A DNA stretch of 64,000 nucleotides from Desulfomonilaceae bacterium (lineage in GTDB: Bacteria > Desulfobacterota > Desulfomonilia > Desulfomonilales > Desulfomonilaceae). The notes below the pieces were generated by a model. It did no database searches. It was given only the letters and a program-made list of their open reading frames with translations, and was not told the DNA's origin. The translations under genes and the position numbers were made by a program. The DNA is taken from positions 38,788 through 102,787 of the forward strand of contig JBAZSD010000012.1 in the NCBI GenBank assembly GCA_041662605.1, read 5' to 3'. Shown here in pieces: positions 10,279 to 20,283 of the stretch (positions are counted from its first letter, which is position 1; each line of letters opens with the position of its first letter).

Positions 10279-12018
10279 CTATCTCGTGTGGATCGTGAGT
10301 TCAGCGTGAAGAGGACTAGGGGGAGATGCGTTTTTCAGTACGTAGACAGCTCCGTCATGAGGAAAGATCCTTTTGAATGGGAAGATAGTGTCTACGGTAT
10401 AACCAGGAAGGGGCCCCAGAGCCAGAAGATAATTCTCTTTTTCTACCCACCACCAGCTCAGGCCCGGTTTCTGAACAAACCCTTTTTTGTAGCAATTGAA
10501 ACCATTAAATTCAAACCCTCCGTCGATAGCGCATGGAGATACGTGACAGTCCTGGACAAGGTAATCCTGAGCTTGCTTGAGGGCTGTCTTTGTAGCCATG
10601 AAATCGCGTGTTCCAGCTACAGAAAAAATCCCTATTACAGCCATGCAGACAAAAGCGGGTATCGCCATTCCAACCCTAAAGCTGATCAACGGTGTAGCGC
10701 TTCCGATGACGCTGACAAGCCACATAATAAGGAGGATGCAAACCGGAATAAGGTAACGGTCATGATAACCGGTCAAGAGAATTATTCCAACGTAAACCAT
10801 GGCAGTTACAAAACCCAACATCGAAGTGACACTGGCGCCTAAACATGAACGCCCTCTGACAGGCTGATTGAAGATGCCTGAAATGTATGAATACGCTAGT
10901 AACGCCAAGGCGCCGGTATTCAAAAACGCCCAGTAGGCCAAACAATAATAGAGGGATACCGGGATGGCCCATGCCCTGGCAAGATGTAAAATATAGGTGT
11001 CCTTTAAGAGTATGGGGCCAATACCGAAGTTAAATATTACATTGCGGTAGAAGGCTACGGGAAGATGAACGAGATCAAGGACAATGCCCGCCTCGACAAC
11101 CAGGAAGACAGCGGTGGTAACAAGGAAATACGAGCGAAAGATTCTTCTGGCAAAAAGCTCTTTAAAGCTCAGGGCTACAATTGGAGAAACAATTACACTG
11201 ATGTAACCTATGCCGATAACTACTCTGCCAAACAACAAATCTACATAGCCGTGAAGCCCCAATTGCAGCGGATCATTCAGAATAGCATGTATAACTTCAT
11301 GATCTGTCAAGGAAGTGCTTCCCAACTTTTTGAGGGTATATTCGAAGCAAAGCCAGGGAAGAATCGAGATAAAGAGAATCATAAAGGTCACGGGTCGTAG
11401 ATTAGAAGATCGAGTCTTTGGATTAATCAATAGGGTGATAATTAGACCTATAGGAATAGCTATTGCGATTTGCCGGGTTAGCAGCGCCGCCAGAGTAAAA
11501 AAAAGCCCTAAGCCCACCAATGAGCGACGCCCGCTTTCTAAACCCTGGCTTATCAACAGCAGAGCAAAAATCATCAAAGTGGCCAGAGTGACATCCGTCA
11601 TGAATGTGAATGACTGAGATAAAAACAGCGGATTGAGCACTAAAGTCATCGCGCCCCAAAAGGCTAGAAAGGGTGATGCGCCAGTCCGTTTCAACAGTTC
11701 CAGTAGACCGATTGATCCCAATACAGCCATAACGAGCACGGATATTCGCAGCACAGTCACGGAGAAACCGAACAATTTCGTGAACATCCAGCCCCACAGC
11801 AAATGGGTCAACAAAGAAGGGCCTCCTTGTCCCCAGCCGGTAGCAGGAATTCCTCCCTCCAGACTCAGTATTTCCAATGCTTTAACAAAAGACCAATCAT
11901 CGTTGATCATGAATTCGCCGACGGGATTAATGAACCATATGATTAAACCCCACGCGATCATTAACGCGAAAAATGCGGCGGTGTATGAGAATTTGAATTT
12001 CTCTGATCGTGGATCCAT
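10279..12018 (-). CDS. GT-C fold glycosyltransferase (ArnT / GT39-GT83-like)
   Basis: 579 aa and polytopic. The loop-1 motif is FMINDDWSF. The general architecture matches ArnT/PMT_2-type enzymes. Confidence 0.7.
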   Translation of the reverse strand: MDPRSEKFKFSYTAAFFALMIAWGLIIWFINPVGEFMINDDWSFVKALEILSLEGGIPATGWGQGGPSLLTHLLWGWMFTKLFGFSVTVLRISVLVMAVLGSIGLLELLKRTGASPFLAFWGAMTLVLNPLFLSQSFTFMTDVTLATLMIFALLLISQGLESGRRSLVGLGLFFTLAALLTRQIAIAIPIGLIITLLINPKTRSSNLRPVTFMILFISILPWLCFEYTLKKLGSTSLTDHEVIHAILNDPLQLGLHGYVDLLFGRVVIGIGYISVIVSPIVALSFKELFARRIFRSYFLVTTAVFLVVEAGIVLDLVHLPVAFYRNVIFNFGIGPILLKDTYILHLARAWAIPVSLYYCLAYWAFLNTGALALLAYSYISGIFNQPVRGRSCLGASVTSMLGFVTAMVYVGIILLTGYHDRYLIPVCILLIMWLVSVIGSATPLISFRVGMAIPAFVCMAVIGIFSVAGTRDFMATKTALKQAQDYLVQDCHVSPCAIDGGFEFNGFNCYKKGFVQKPGLSWWWVEKENYLLALGPLPGYTVDTIFPFKRIFPHDGAVYVLKNASPPSPLHAELTIHTR

Positions 12019-12250
12019 GATCTTAGCGCAGTTTGTCCATTATCTGTTGCGATAAAAAACCAAGTTCACAATCATATACCCAACAAGTGACCCTGACGAG
12101 TTCCGAGCAACGATTTGCGGAGCGGACGGGATGTGTTGGACCTGAGTCGAGGCCATGCGCCTAACCGGATGTTCATCCAGGGAAACAAGCTTAGAAACTG
12201 ATTTCCCTAAATATACACCACGCTAATATGATTTGTAAACAATCAAAAAG

Positions 12251-13447
12251 TCATAACGAGTAACCAACCTTCTGGTTTGTCGTATTATAGCCGATAGTTA
12301 TCTTTGTAACTTCTAAAATTCTATTCGCAATAGTTTTATGCGCAACTACATTGGGATGTTTGTCAATAACTTTCACCGGTTTGCCTCCCCAATGGTAGTA
12401 GCTCCGCGAATATGCTTCGACGGAATCGATTTCCAATCTTTGGATCATGGCAAGTTGCGCATTGACTACTTGTAGATTGGTTTTACAAAAAAAATTGGGG
12501 ATGTTCGGAATCCGGTTGTCCATCCCCAAAACTACTACAATCATTTCTGATCCAACCAGCCTGCAGATCGATGCGATTTCACCGTATACATATTGCTCGA
12601 TTCGGTTGACATCTTTTATTGGCTCCGGGACTAGGCCGGTCAACTCTTTTAGTCTGACCAGGCTAGCATTCCATCTGTCACTGAATAACTGAGGGAATTC
12701 CCGGGAGAAGCTGAAATTAAGGAAGCCACTAAAGGAGTCGTCAGATAGATCAATTTTTCTTGAGCCATGATCAAATATTTGGCTTTTGAAATCGGGTTTG
12801 TGGATTTTTATAATGCCTGGAGTGGCGTCTATGAAATATGGATGAGGCAGGAGGCCTTGGACAGTTGGTCCATATCGGTGAGTAGATCGCTCCGCCAGCC
12901 ATGGAGAATACTGGGCCAGAACAATTTTCGGCTTGAATTGTGGAATAACCTTTCTCGCGAGGATGAGCATTTCAGCCAACCCACCGCTACATTTTCCGGC
13001 ATTAAGGGCCGTCAGTTTGAGTTTGTCCGAAACCAGATTGCAGAAGGTGTTTTCAGCCTCGACTCCAAAACCGAATGTGAAGCTGCATCCCAAAGCTAGT
13101 AGGTAATCTTGTTTTTGAGTCGGGTTTTCCTTGCCCGAAGCGATACATGGAGAGCGAAAACCCCGAGAATCATAGCACACACAGGTCCTGGATCCATTCG
13201 GAAGAACCACAGCCCCGCGAGCCCCTGGAATAGGAACATAACCAAGCACGTCATCAGGCTTGTGAAGTCTCCCTTCCCAAAGCGCTACCCCTCTTTTCAA
13301 CGTTACCCAATCTGTAAAGGAACGGAACATAATGAGGCAAGAAAAGGCCAGGAAACAAGCCCCCAAGGCTATTCCTGACCACAGGAACAGGTGCGCCATT
13401 TTTTGTCTTGGCATTTTATCCCCCCCAAAAATTACATCTGATTTCAA
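12251..13447 (-). CDS. Membrane-anchored SGNH-like protein (divergent; block I GCS instead of GDS)
   Basis: It has an N-terminal TM helix (LFLWSGIALGACFLAFSCLIMF). LLALGCSFTFGFG and NAGKCSGG align by eye with blocks I and II of the partial protein at 1..901. The TTG start overlaps the gyrA stop (TTGA); internal Met starts are possible. Confidence 0.45.
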   Translation of the reverse strand: MKSDVIFGGDKMPRQKMAHLFLWSGIALGACFLAFSCLIMFRSFTDWVTLKRGVALWEGRLHKPDDVLGYVPIPGARGAVVLPNGSRTCVCYDSRGFRSPCIASGKENPTQKQDYLLALGCSFTFGFGVEAENTFCNLVSDKLKLTALNAGKCSGGLAEMLILARKVIPQFKPKIVLAQYSPWLAERSTHRYGPTVQGLLPHPYFIDATPGIIKIHKPDFKSQIFDHGSRKIDLSDDSFSGFLNFSFSREFPQLFSDRWNASLVRLKELTGLVPEPIKDVNRIEQYVYGEIASICRLVGSEMIVVVLGMDNRIPNIPNFFCKTNLQVVNAQLAMIQRLEIDSVEAYSRSYYHWGGKPVKVIDKHPNVVAHKTIANRILEVTKITIGYNTTNQKVGYSL

Positions 13448-14781
13448 GGATTGTCAGGGCTTAAAACTTCTTCATCAAAATCCTTTTCCTCTTCATCAGA
13501 CGCTTCTACCCGCGCAAGGTCCAGAACGTGTTCGCCAGGATCCATCCGCACCAATGTTCGACCCTGAGTGATTCTGCCAATAACCGATATCTCTTCCATT
13601 CTTAAACGAATTATTTTTGCCCCGGAAGTAAGTATCAGAATGTGGTCTGAGTCATCTACAACCCTGACGGCGACGACATCCCCACTCTTTTCCGTAGTCC
13701 GTATCGTGATTACTCCCTGTCCGCCTCTGTTGATCGGAGGATATTCGCTCAAGGAAGTTCTCTTGCCAAGGCCATTCTGAGTAATAGTTAACAATGTCCC
13801 GGAATCCCCCGATACGACTTCCATTGCTATCACCGCGTCATTTGAGCGCATTCTTATGCCGGTAACGCCTCTGGCTTGGCGACCCATTGGTCTGGTCTGA
13901 CTTTCATGAAATCTGATTGCCTTTCCCTTGCGAGTTACCAGGAGAATGTGATTCTCACCGCTGGTGAGATTAACATCAATTAGTTGATCATCCTGATCAA
14001 TAGTCAGAGCAATGACACCTGTCGATCTTGGTCTTGAAAACTCGGCGATTGAGGTTTTCTTGATTTTGCCCTTAGCTGAAACCATGGTCACGAAGCCCTC
14101 CTGGCTCAGTTCGGGAATGGACAGAACCTTTTTGATGGTCTCTCCCTCGTCCAATTTCAAGAGATTCACAATAGCGCGGCCTCGGCTGTATGGTCCTTCT
14201 TCGGGTAACTGGAAAACTCTTAGCCAATGGACTCGCCCTCTATTCGAGAAACAAAGGAGCACATCATGAGATGAAGCGTACAGTATTTGATTTACAACAT
14301 CCTCACTTGCAATTTTACCGCCTATTCTCCCCTTGCCCCCTGGCTTCTGTGATTTATAAACATTTGCCAGGACTCGTTTAACATACCCTTTGCTCGAAAA
14401 TGTCACTACCACATCTTCTCTAGGAATCAAGTCTTCATCCAAAACATCGGAATCAAGATCTTCGAGTATCTCCGTTCGCCGGTCGTCCCCAAATTGATCT
14501 TTGACCTCACTAAGTTCGGATACGACAACCTCGAGTATTTTCTCCTCAGAGGCGAGCAGGGCTTCCAAATCCGATATTTTGGCCAGAATATCTCGAAGCT
14601 CCTGCAAAATCTTGTCGCGTTCCAGCCCCGTGAGCCGTTGGAGCCTCATATCGAGAATCGCTTGCGCCTGAATTTGGGTAAGCTCGAAATTTACTATGAG
14701 AGCGTCTCTGGCAGTCTGAGGATCCGGAGATTCTCTGATTGTCCTTATCACGGCGTCCAGGTTGTCGAGCGCTATTTTAAG
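13444..14781 (-). CDS. gyrA: DNA gyrase subunit A, C-terminal part (reading frame continues directly from the in-frame TGA at 14782-14784)
   Basis: ORF track 13444..14751 (GTG-initiated). The frame is open from 14781 (LKIALDNLDAVIRTIRESPDP...). It carries the typical GyrA tower and beta-pinwheel C-terminal domain and an acidic tail. The frame is the same as 14782..15963. Confidence 0.9.
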   Translation of the reverse strand, partial: LKIALDNLDAVIRTIRESPDPQTARDALIVNFELTQIQAQAILDMRLQRLTGLERDKILQELRDILAKISDLEALLASEEKILEVVVSELSEVKDQFGDDRRTEILEDLDSDVLDEDLIPREDVVVTFSSKGYVKRVLANVYKSQKPGGKGRIGGKIASEDVVNQILYASSHDVLLCFSNRGRVHWLRVFQLPEEGPYSRGRAIVNLLKLDEGETIKKVLSIPELSQEGFVTMVSAKGKIKKTSIAEFSRPRSTGVIALTIDQDDQLIDVNLTSGENHILLVTRKGKAIRFHESQTRPMGRQARGVTGIRMRSNDAVIAMEVVSGDSGTLLTITQNGLGKRTSLSEYPPINRGGQGVITIRTTEKSGDVVAVRVVDDSDHILILTSGAKIIRLRMEEISVIGRITQGRTLVRMDPGEHVLDLARVEASDEEEKDFDEEVLSPDNP

Positions 14782-15963
14782 TCATTCAAGTATGTGCGCT
14801 CGTTCTCTTGCCCTGGCCAACTCGAATCTGGTTCTCCTGATTACGACTTCGCGGCGAAAATCAACGAAACCACTTAAAATTTCTTTAAGGTTCATAGTGC
14901 GCGGACGACGGTTATCCACGCAAAGAAGCTGTATTCCAAAATTGGTCTGTAGCTGTGTATGCTTGAATAGCTGGTTTAAAATCAATTCTGGGTTCTCATC
15001 CCTTTTTAATTCAAAGACAACTCTCATTCCATGGCGGTCCGATTCATCCCGAATGTCCCTAATACCCGGGATCTTCTTGTCCTTGACCAAATCTGCTACA
15101 TTTTCGACCATTCGCGCCTTGTTCACTGTGTAGGGGATTTCAGTGACCGCTATTCTCTGATAGCCTTTACCGGCGTCTTCAATCTGAGTCCTGGCTCGCA
15201 TCCTGACGGAGCCTCTTCCGGTGTGGTAGGCGTCAATTATTCCTTTATTGCCAATTATGAATCCATACGTGGGGAAATCAGGGCCAGGCAACAACCTCAT
15301 CAATTCGCGAATAGAGGCTTCAGGATTCTGGATGAGATGAATTGTCGCGTCTATTGTTTCTCTCAAATTGTGAGGAGGTATATTGGTAGCCATCCCAACA
15401 GCTATACCCTGGGAGCCGTTGATCAACAAAGCGGGAAATCTGGCAGGGAGGACGACAGGCTCCTGTTGGGTGTTATCGTAATTGGGTATGAAATTGACCG
15501 TATCCTTGTCCAGATCTTCAAGAATAGCCTGACACACTTTCGCCATTCTAACTTCAGTGTAACGCATGGCCGCCGGCGCATCCCCATCTACGCTACCAAA
15601 GTTACCTTGTCCATCAATAAGCGGATACCGCATTGAAAAAGGCTGCGCCATTCTGACGATCGAATCATATACGGCAGTGTCACCATGTGGGTGATATTGG
15701 CCGATCACGTCACCGACAGCCCGCGCCGCTTTTCTGTGCGGACGGTTCCATATATTTCCGGCCCTGTGCATGGCGTACAGGATCCTTCGGTGAACAGGTT
15801 TCAAACCATCGCGCAAATCAGGTAACGCGCGGCCCACGATCACGCTCATCGCGTAATCTAAATATGACTTTTGAATTTCTTCCTCAATACCAACTGTTAC
15901 AATCTCGGCAGATTTACCCAATGCGGATTCCTTTTCAGTAAATATACAAGAATCGAAGACCAA
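14782..15963 (-). CDS. gyrA: DNA gyrase subunit A, N-terminal part, ending at an in-frame TGA (14782-14784)
   Basis: Motifs [40 protein letters not shown] and AAMRYTE (catalytic Tyr). It ends ...[13 protein letters not shown]. The true start is probably TTG 15921 (AAGGA upstream) rather than 15963. Confidence 0.9.
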   Translation of the reverse strand: MVFDSCIFTEKESALGKSAEIVTVGIEEEIQKSYLDYAMSVIVGRALPDLRDGLKPVHRRILYAMHRAGNIWNRPHRKAARAVGDVIGQYHPHGDTAVYDSIVRMAQPFSMRYPLIDGQGNFGSVDGDAPAAMRYTEVRMAKVCQAILEDLDKDTVNFIPNYDNTQQEPVVLPARFPALLINGSQGIAVGMATNIPPHNLRETIDATIHLIQNPEASIRELMRLLPGPDFPTYGFIIGNKGIIDAYHTGRGSVRMRARTQIEDAGKGYQRIAVTEIPYTVNKARMVENVADLVKDKKIPGIRDIRDESDRHGMRVVFELKRDENPELILNQLFKHTQLQTNFGIQLLCVDNRRPRTMNLKEILSGFVDFRREVVIRRTRFELARARERAHILE

Positions 15964-16252
15964 GTTTCTGACCTGGTAATATTAACACAACGATAAATTA
16001 TCGACAAAGATCGACTCAAAATCTTCGTAAGTTATTCTCATATTTTCAGTCTAACGAATCAAATATTCCAATGCGAAAGTCGGCTTGTTTATGAGTCTGA
16101 TTTTATATCGAGGCGCCTCTTAAACTATAACAATATATGGGTCATAACAACTTAATATTGCCGAATTTATAATTCTTATGTTGAATCTGATTGACATAAT
16201 CTTACAAAATATGAAATAATTAAACGGTTTATTACATTTTGGAGGTTCTGGG

Positions 16253-16609
16253 ATGGATGGAATCTTGAAAATGGGCGTTTGCCTAACGCTTATAGTTGTT
16301 CTTTCATGCCCGGCCATTGTCTTGGCCAAAAATGCTGGTCAATCGACCATCGTAAACATGACTAACCAGGTTTACGATGGGGGAGCCAAAGCGCTCGATA
16401 AGACAGAGGGAATTCTCAACCAATGTCTAAAATCGACTTTTAGCTTGTTCAACCCCTGCTTGGACGTTGTCAAGATGTGTACTGACGTGGCTTTGAAGCC
16501 TTTGAACTATCCGTTTGATTATGTTGAAGGAAAGCTTTACAAGCCAAAAGTCGTAAACAAGCGGGTAGAGATTCCGGCCCCTCAAAAACCGGTGATGCCC
16601 AAGCAGTAG
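16253..16609 (+). CDS. Small secreted protein, unknown function
   Basis: ATG with GGAGG upstream. Signal peptide (MGVCLTLIVVLSCPAIVLA). 118 aa. Confidence 0.5.
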   Translation: MDGILKMGVCLTLIVVLSCPAIVLAKNAGQSTIVNMTNQVYDGGAKALDKTEGILNQCLKSTFSLFNPCLDVVKMCTDVALKPLNYPFDYVEGKLYKPKVVNKRVEIPAPQKPVMPKQ

Positions 16610-16700
16610 AAATTTCAGTCAAGAGGGGTTTGAGGGGATAGGCGCTTAACTATCGGATTGTTCGATAAGTCCGAGGTAAGCGCCAACACGGAGGGTGTTT

Positions 16701-17294
16701 ATGGCAAGAGTTGCCGTTCCCATAATCGGAACGCTTTTGTTGGTTCTATTCCCAATAGCGCTTAGGGCCGAAGTAAAAATTCAGGCCAACGGAATTGCAA
16801 TTTGTTCCGTGATCATCAATGAGATGACCGAGGGGAAAATTCCCCTGAAGCAGTCGAGAGATATAGCTACCGCTATTGCTGGAGCTGGAAATAGACACTT
16901 TGGAAAAGTTACTTGTGGAGACATGTGGCTTTACATGGCAATGGTTTACGTTGAAAGCGGATTTCGCAACAATATTATAAACCACCAAAATTGCAGAGGA
17001 ATGTTTCAGATACATGCCCCGTCTTGGGCCTCAAAGTTCGGCGTCAAATATAGGGATCTGTTGAATCTGGAAACAAACGCAGATTGCGGTGTTCAGGTTC
17101 TTAAGTATTATCTCGGCCTTTACAGAGATTTAGGACAAGCTTTAAGCGCATACAACAGTGATCATCCAGCGGCAGCCAGAGGTTACGCTCGAATGGTGAT
17201 GTCTGTCAGAAACAAGATAAAAAAGAGATATGCGCAGCTTTACCATACTTATAAAGATGCCCCAATGCTGGTTGCGAGGACCCCGGACAGATAA
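16701..17294 (+). CDS. Lytic transglycosylase (SLT domain) protein
   Basis: Signal peptide. SLT catalytic region YVESGFRNN...RGMFQI...AYN. ATG 16701 is preceded by GGAGGG. Confidence 0.7.
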   Translation: MARVAVPIIGTLLLVLFPIALRAEVKIQANGIAICSVIINEMTEGKIPLKQSRDIATAIAGAGNRHFGKVTCGDMWLYMAMVYVESGFRNNIINHQNCRGMFQIHAPSWASKFGVKYRDLLNLETNADCGVQVLKYYLGLYRDLGQALSAYNSDHPAAARGYARMVMSVRNKIKKRYAQLYHTYKDAPMLVARTPDR

Positions 17295-17366
17295 TTAATT
17301 CCTCGTTTTGTCCCTTCAGAATTAAAAAATTCCAAACGGAGAATGGGGTATCGGTCTGAGATGTAT

Positions 17367-17615
17367 TTACCTGGGAGGACCGTACAAGAACGGTGTGGCT
17401 ATTGAGCTAAGAAAATCGAATGGATTTAGTGGCGAAGGATTATGATCCATAGGCACGTATGGGTCATGTCCCATTGGGTAACACGCGGACACTGGGCCAT
17501 TCGGCGGAGCTAAGTATTGAGGCAGACAACTCACACACCCACCGAGCCATAACATACTAAACAATATCAAAGTGATTAATAAATATTTTATAAATTGCTT
17601 CATATTGTTACGCAT
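17367..17615 (-). CDS. Small lipoprotein, unknown function
   Basis: Signal peptide with lipobox LGGC. The mature part is proline-rich. 82 aa. Confidence 0.45.
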   Translation of the reverse strand: MRNNMKQFIKYLLITLILFSMLWLGGCVSCLPQYLAPPNGPVSACYPMGHDPYVPMDHNPSPLNPFDFLSSIATPFLYGPPR

Positions 17616-17740
17616 TCAAAGAGTTAACTTATTTTAACCCTTAAAACTGTTTTGATCAAGCTAAAAATTTAGTTATATATAACTCCTTGAATTATAGGGT
17701 TTATTAATTCTCAGAAGAATAGGGCTAGCGCCATTAGTCA

Positions 17741-18784
17741 TTACTGATCCCTTGGCTTAAAAACACGAGATCCCTCGGGTAATATGACGAATTCCCCATT
17801 AGAATTAACTATTAGACACGAAATATTATTCATTTTATCAAGTAAAGAGCTTCCCTGCTTGGGGCCAAGAACAAATATTCCTGCGGACAGGCCTTCAGCC
17901 CGTACGCCATCAGGCGCCACCACGGAGACAGACTCCACTGCGGACGATGGGAACCCGGTTTTGGGGTCCAGAATATGGTGATACCGTATGCCGTCCTTTT
18001 CGAAGTATCTTTCATAATCACCCGATGTAAAGACTGATCCTGATTCGATGTCGACTGTCGCTGCGATGGCTGACGGGTCTCTCGGATCCTGGATACCAAT
18101 CTTCCATGGGACACCAGGTCCTTTACCTCCAAAAGCCGTAATATCGCCTCCAGCATTTATTAGAGCTGATTTGATTCCCGTTGATTTTATGATTTGTTCG
18201 GCCTGATTCAGTGCGTAGCCCTTTGCTATTCCTCCGAGATCCAAGGCCATTCCTTGTTCAGGAAGATAAATTTCGGATCTTTCAGGAAATATTTGGACCT
18301 TTTTCCAGCCCACTTTATTTAACGCCTGATTTATTTCTTCGGGGCTTGGTAGCCTGGGTCCTTCAGGGCCGCTAAAGTTCCAGAGTTTTGATATAACCCC
18401 GATAGTTGGATCAAAGGCCCCGTTGGTAAGTTGTGATATCTCCAGACTTCTTTGAATGAGGGCTATGAGTTCGGGATCCACCTTAACAGGCTCTAATCCT
18501 GATTTCTCGTTTATCTCATTAAGTTGAGACTGTTTATGAAAAGATGTTAAATCCTCAATTCGCTTGATTTCGTCTAGGGCCGAATTTGCCACCTTTGAAA
18601 GCTGGTCGGAAGGGCCCACCACCGTGACCTCAACGAGGGTTCCCATGAGTATCCGGCCGATTTTCAAGGTCGAATTGGAATTCCCCATGGAGCAGGAGTT
18701 CAAACTCCATGAGGTCAAAAGCAAGAAAGCCACCGTCAGCAAGGGGGTTCTACGATTTAAATCTACAAAATTGGGGAAAGCCAT
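17741..18784 (-). CDS. apbE: FAD:protein FMN transferase (ApbE family lipoprotein)
   Basis: Lipobox LNSCS, plus ApbE motifs GGIAKGYA and HHILDPKTG. Confidence 0.85.
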   Translation of the reverse strand: MAFPNFVDLNRRTPLLTVAFLLLTSWSLNSCSMGNSNSTLKIGRILMGTLVEVTVVGPSDQLSKVANSALDEIKRIEDLTSFHKQSQLNEINEKSGLEPVKVDPELIALIQRSLEISQLTNGAFDPTIGVISKLWNFSGPEGPRLPSPEEINQALNKVGWKKVQIFPERSEIYLPEQGMALDLGGIAKGYALNQAEQIIKSTGIKSALINAGGDITAFGGKGPGVPWKIGIQDPRDPSAIAATVDIESGSVFTSGDYERYFEKDGIRYHHILDPKTGFPSSAVESVSVVAPDGVRAEGLSAGIFVLGPKQGSSLLDKMNNISCLIVNSNGEFVILPEGSRVFKPRDQ

Positions 18785-19683
18785 CTGAATCTCGAAACCA
18801 AAATCTTGATTGGAACTACCATGGAGAAAAATGGGAACATGTACATGGCTGCTAGCGTTGGCGCCAAGGGTCCGAAGAAATGTGATGAAAAAACGATAAC
18901 CAGCACATTGTTCATGATTGCAAAACTTACTCCGGCGCCTACACGATTGGAAGAACTCTCTTTAGGAACAAGCAAGAACCCGGTCAGATAATATATTGCG
19001 GAAAGTCCGTAAGCCACTCCAAGGCTCAACAGGAGAACGCTAGGGCTCTGAAAGAAAAAATAAGAGTATTTGGAGAACACCCCCAGGTTGATAATCGCAA
19101 ATATAACGAGCGAAATAGGAAAATGAAACGGAAGTATTTTTTCCAAGGTCTCCATGAAAAACCGTCGAGCCACAATTACGGCCAACATGGGGACAAATAT
19201 GATAGTGGCCAGTAATCTGATCATCAATTCCAAAGGGATATTGACTTCCTGACCAGCGAGCGCTTTAAGGAGAACCGGCAAAGTGAAAGGAGCCAGCAAT
19301 GAGGTGATAATGACCATTCTCAACACAGGCGCCAACTCAGTATCCAACAAGTTAGCTATAAAAGGGGCCACGACCCCTGTTGAAATTCCAGATAACAAGA
19401 GAACAGGGATGGCGAAATCCGGAACTACCAACAAAGCGACCCAATACAAAACAGCCGGCAGAATCGCCAACTTGAACAGTACAAGGATAAGCGTCGTCTT
19501 GAGGGATCTTGGGGATGTATCCAGCAGTGAGTCGAAGTTGATTCTCAAAAAACTGAGAAACATCAGTAACATCATGAAATACAATGGATAAGGCTGTAGC
19601 GGAGAACACAATTCCGGTTCAAATATGGCAATCGCAGCGGAAGCGAAAATTACAACCAGAAGAATGAAGTCATTCATCCTCAT
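18763..19683 (-). CDS. Bile-acid:Na+ symporter (BASS/SBF-like) family membrane transporter
   Basis: 306 aa with about 9-10 TM segments and a BASS-like pattern (SGISTGVVAPFIANLL). It overlaps the apbE start by 22 nt. Confidence 0.5.
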   Translation of the reverse strand: MRMNDFILLVVIFASAAIAIFEPELCSPLQPYPLYFMMLLMFLSFLRINFDSLLDTSPRSLKTTLILVLFKLAILPAVLYWVALLVVPDFAIPVLLLSGISTGVVAPFIANLLDTELAPVLRMVIITSLLAPFTLPVLLKALAGQEVNIPLELMIRLLATIIFVPMLAVIVARRFFMETLEKILPFHFPISLVIFAIINLGVFSKYSYFFFQSPSVLLLSLGVAYGLSAIYYLTGFLLVPKESSSNRVGAGVSFAIMNNVLVIVFSSHFFGPLAPTLAAMYMFPFFSMVVPIKILVSRFRWLSPIL

Positions 19684-19771
19684 GGCGCTTTCACCGCGCC
19701 TATTTTTTCGATGAAATTTTTGACTGACTTGAATCCGTCGCGGCCGACCCCAAAAATGGGCTGACTTCTTT

Positions 19772-20182
19772 TCAAGATTTTGCCCATAGCATCAGTCCGG
19801 TCGCCTCGTCATATTCTCTTCTCATTATGTGTCCGGGTATCTCGATTCCGCAGAGTTCGGAAGCGAAAATTATTGAGCCTGGTCCGAGATGGCCTCCAAA
19901 ACACTGAAATTTTTGATCTGCAACCAGAATGTGGGCATGAGCGAATATCTCGCCATCCTTTTCTGATATGTTACCGATGCAGGAAACAATTTCTAAGTCT
20001 TCATTGAATTCCTTAAAACTATACTTTTGTTCACCCGGATTGTAGAAACCTATAACAGCCTTCGTTAAGGCTCCAATCAGATTGAAAGATCCACTGCGAA
20101 TTGATCTGGATCGAAACTCATCGGTGATGGTGTCCAGCAAATCTAGACCCTTAGGGAGACGCGCCAAAAACTGTAATCCCAT
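19772..20182 (-). CDS. PPC (DUF296) domain protein
   Basis: ORF 19772..20356. Start set at ATG 20182, which has AAGGAG 7 nt upstream and removes the overlap with the divergent gene. The sequence is DUF296-like (EIVSCIGNISEKDGEIFAHAHILVAD...GGHL). Confidence 0.65.
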   Translation of the reverse strand: MGLQFLARLPKGLDLLDTITDEFRSRSIRSGSFNLIGALTKAVIGFYNPGEQKYSFKEFNEDLEIVSCIGNISEKDGEIFAHAHILVADQKFQCFGGHLGPGSIIFASELCGIEIPGHIMRREYDEATGLMLWAKS

Positions 20183-20283
20183 ATTTGTTTTCTCCTTGAG
20201 TAATTTTTCCGCAAGAGATAGATGTGAACCACGGCCAAGTGTATAGTGTCCTTGTCTCAAACTCTTAACGCAAGAGGAACGAT

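Noticed and set aside
14782-14784. Alternative genetic code (UGA = Gly as in code 25, or UGA = Trp as in code 4) as the explanation for the in-frame TGA in gyrA
   Set aside because: TGA terminates well-supported genes in this window: the megasynthase at 43858-43860, followed 1 nt later by the next start, and the rSAM gene at 46181-46183. No other long conserved gene here is broken by TGA, so a genome-wide reassignment is not supported.
14740-14784. Selenocysteine insertion at the gyrA TGA
   Set aside because: I could not fold a convincing SECIS-like hairpin in the roughly 40 nt downstream of the UGA. The position corresponds to a structural Gly/Ala, not a redox-active Cys. No Sec-containing GyrA is known to me.
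19684-19708. Terminator-like hairpin GGCGC-tttcacc-GCGCC followed by TATTTTTT
   Set aside because: It is oriented for the plus strand, where no credible gene ends. It sits immediately 5' of the minus-strand BASS-like start codon (19683). It is more likely a 5'-UTR structure or chance than a functional terminator.
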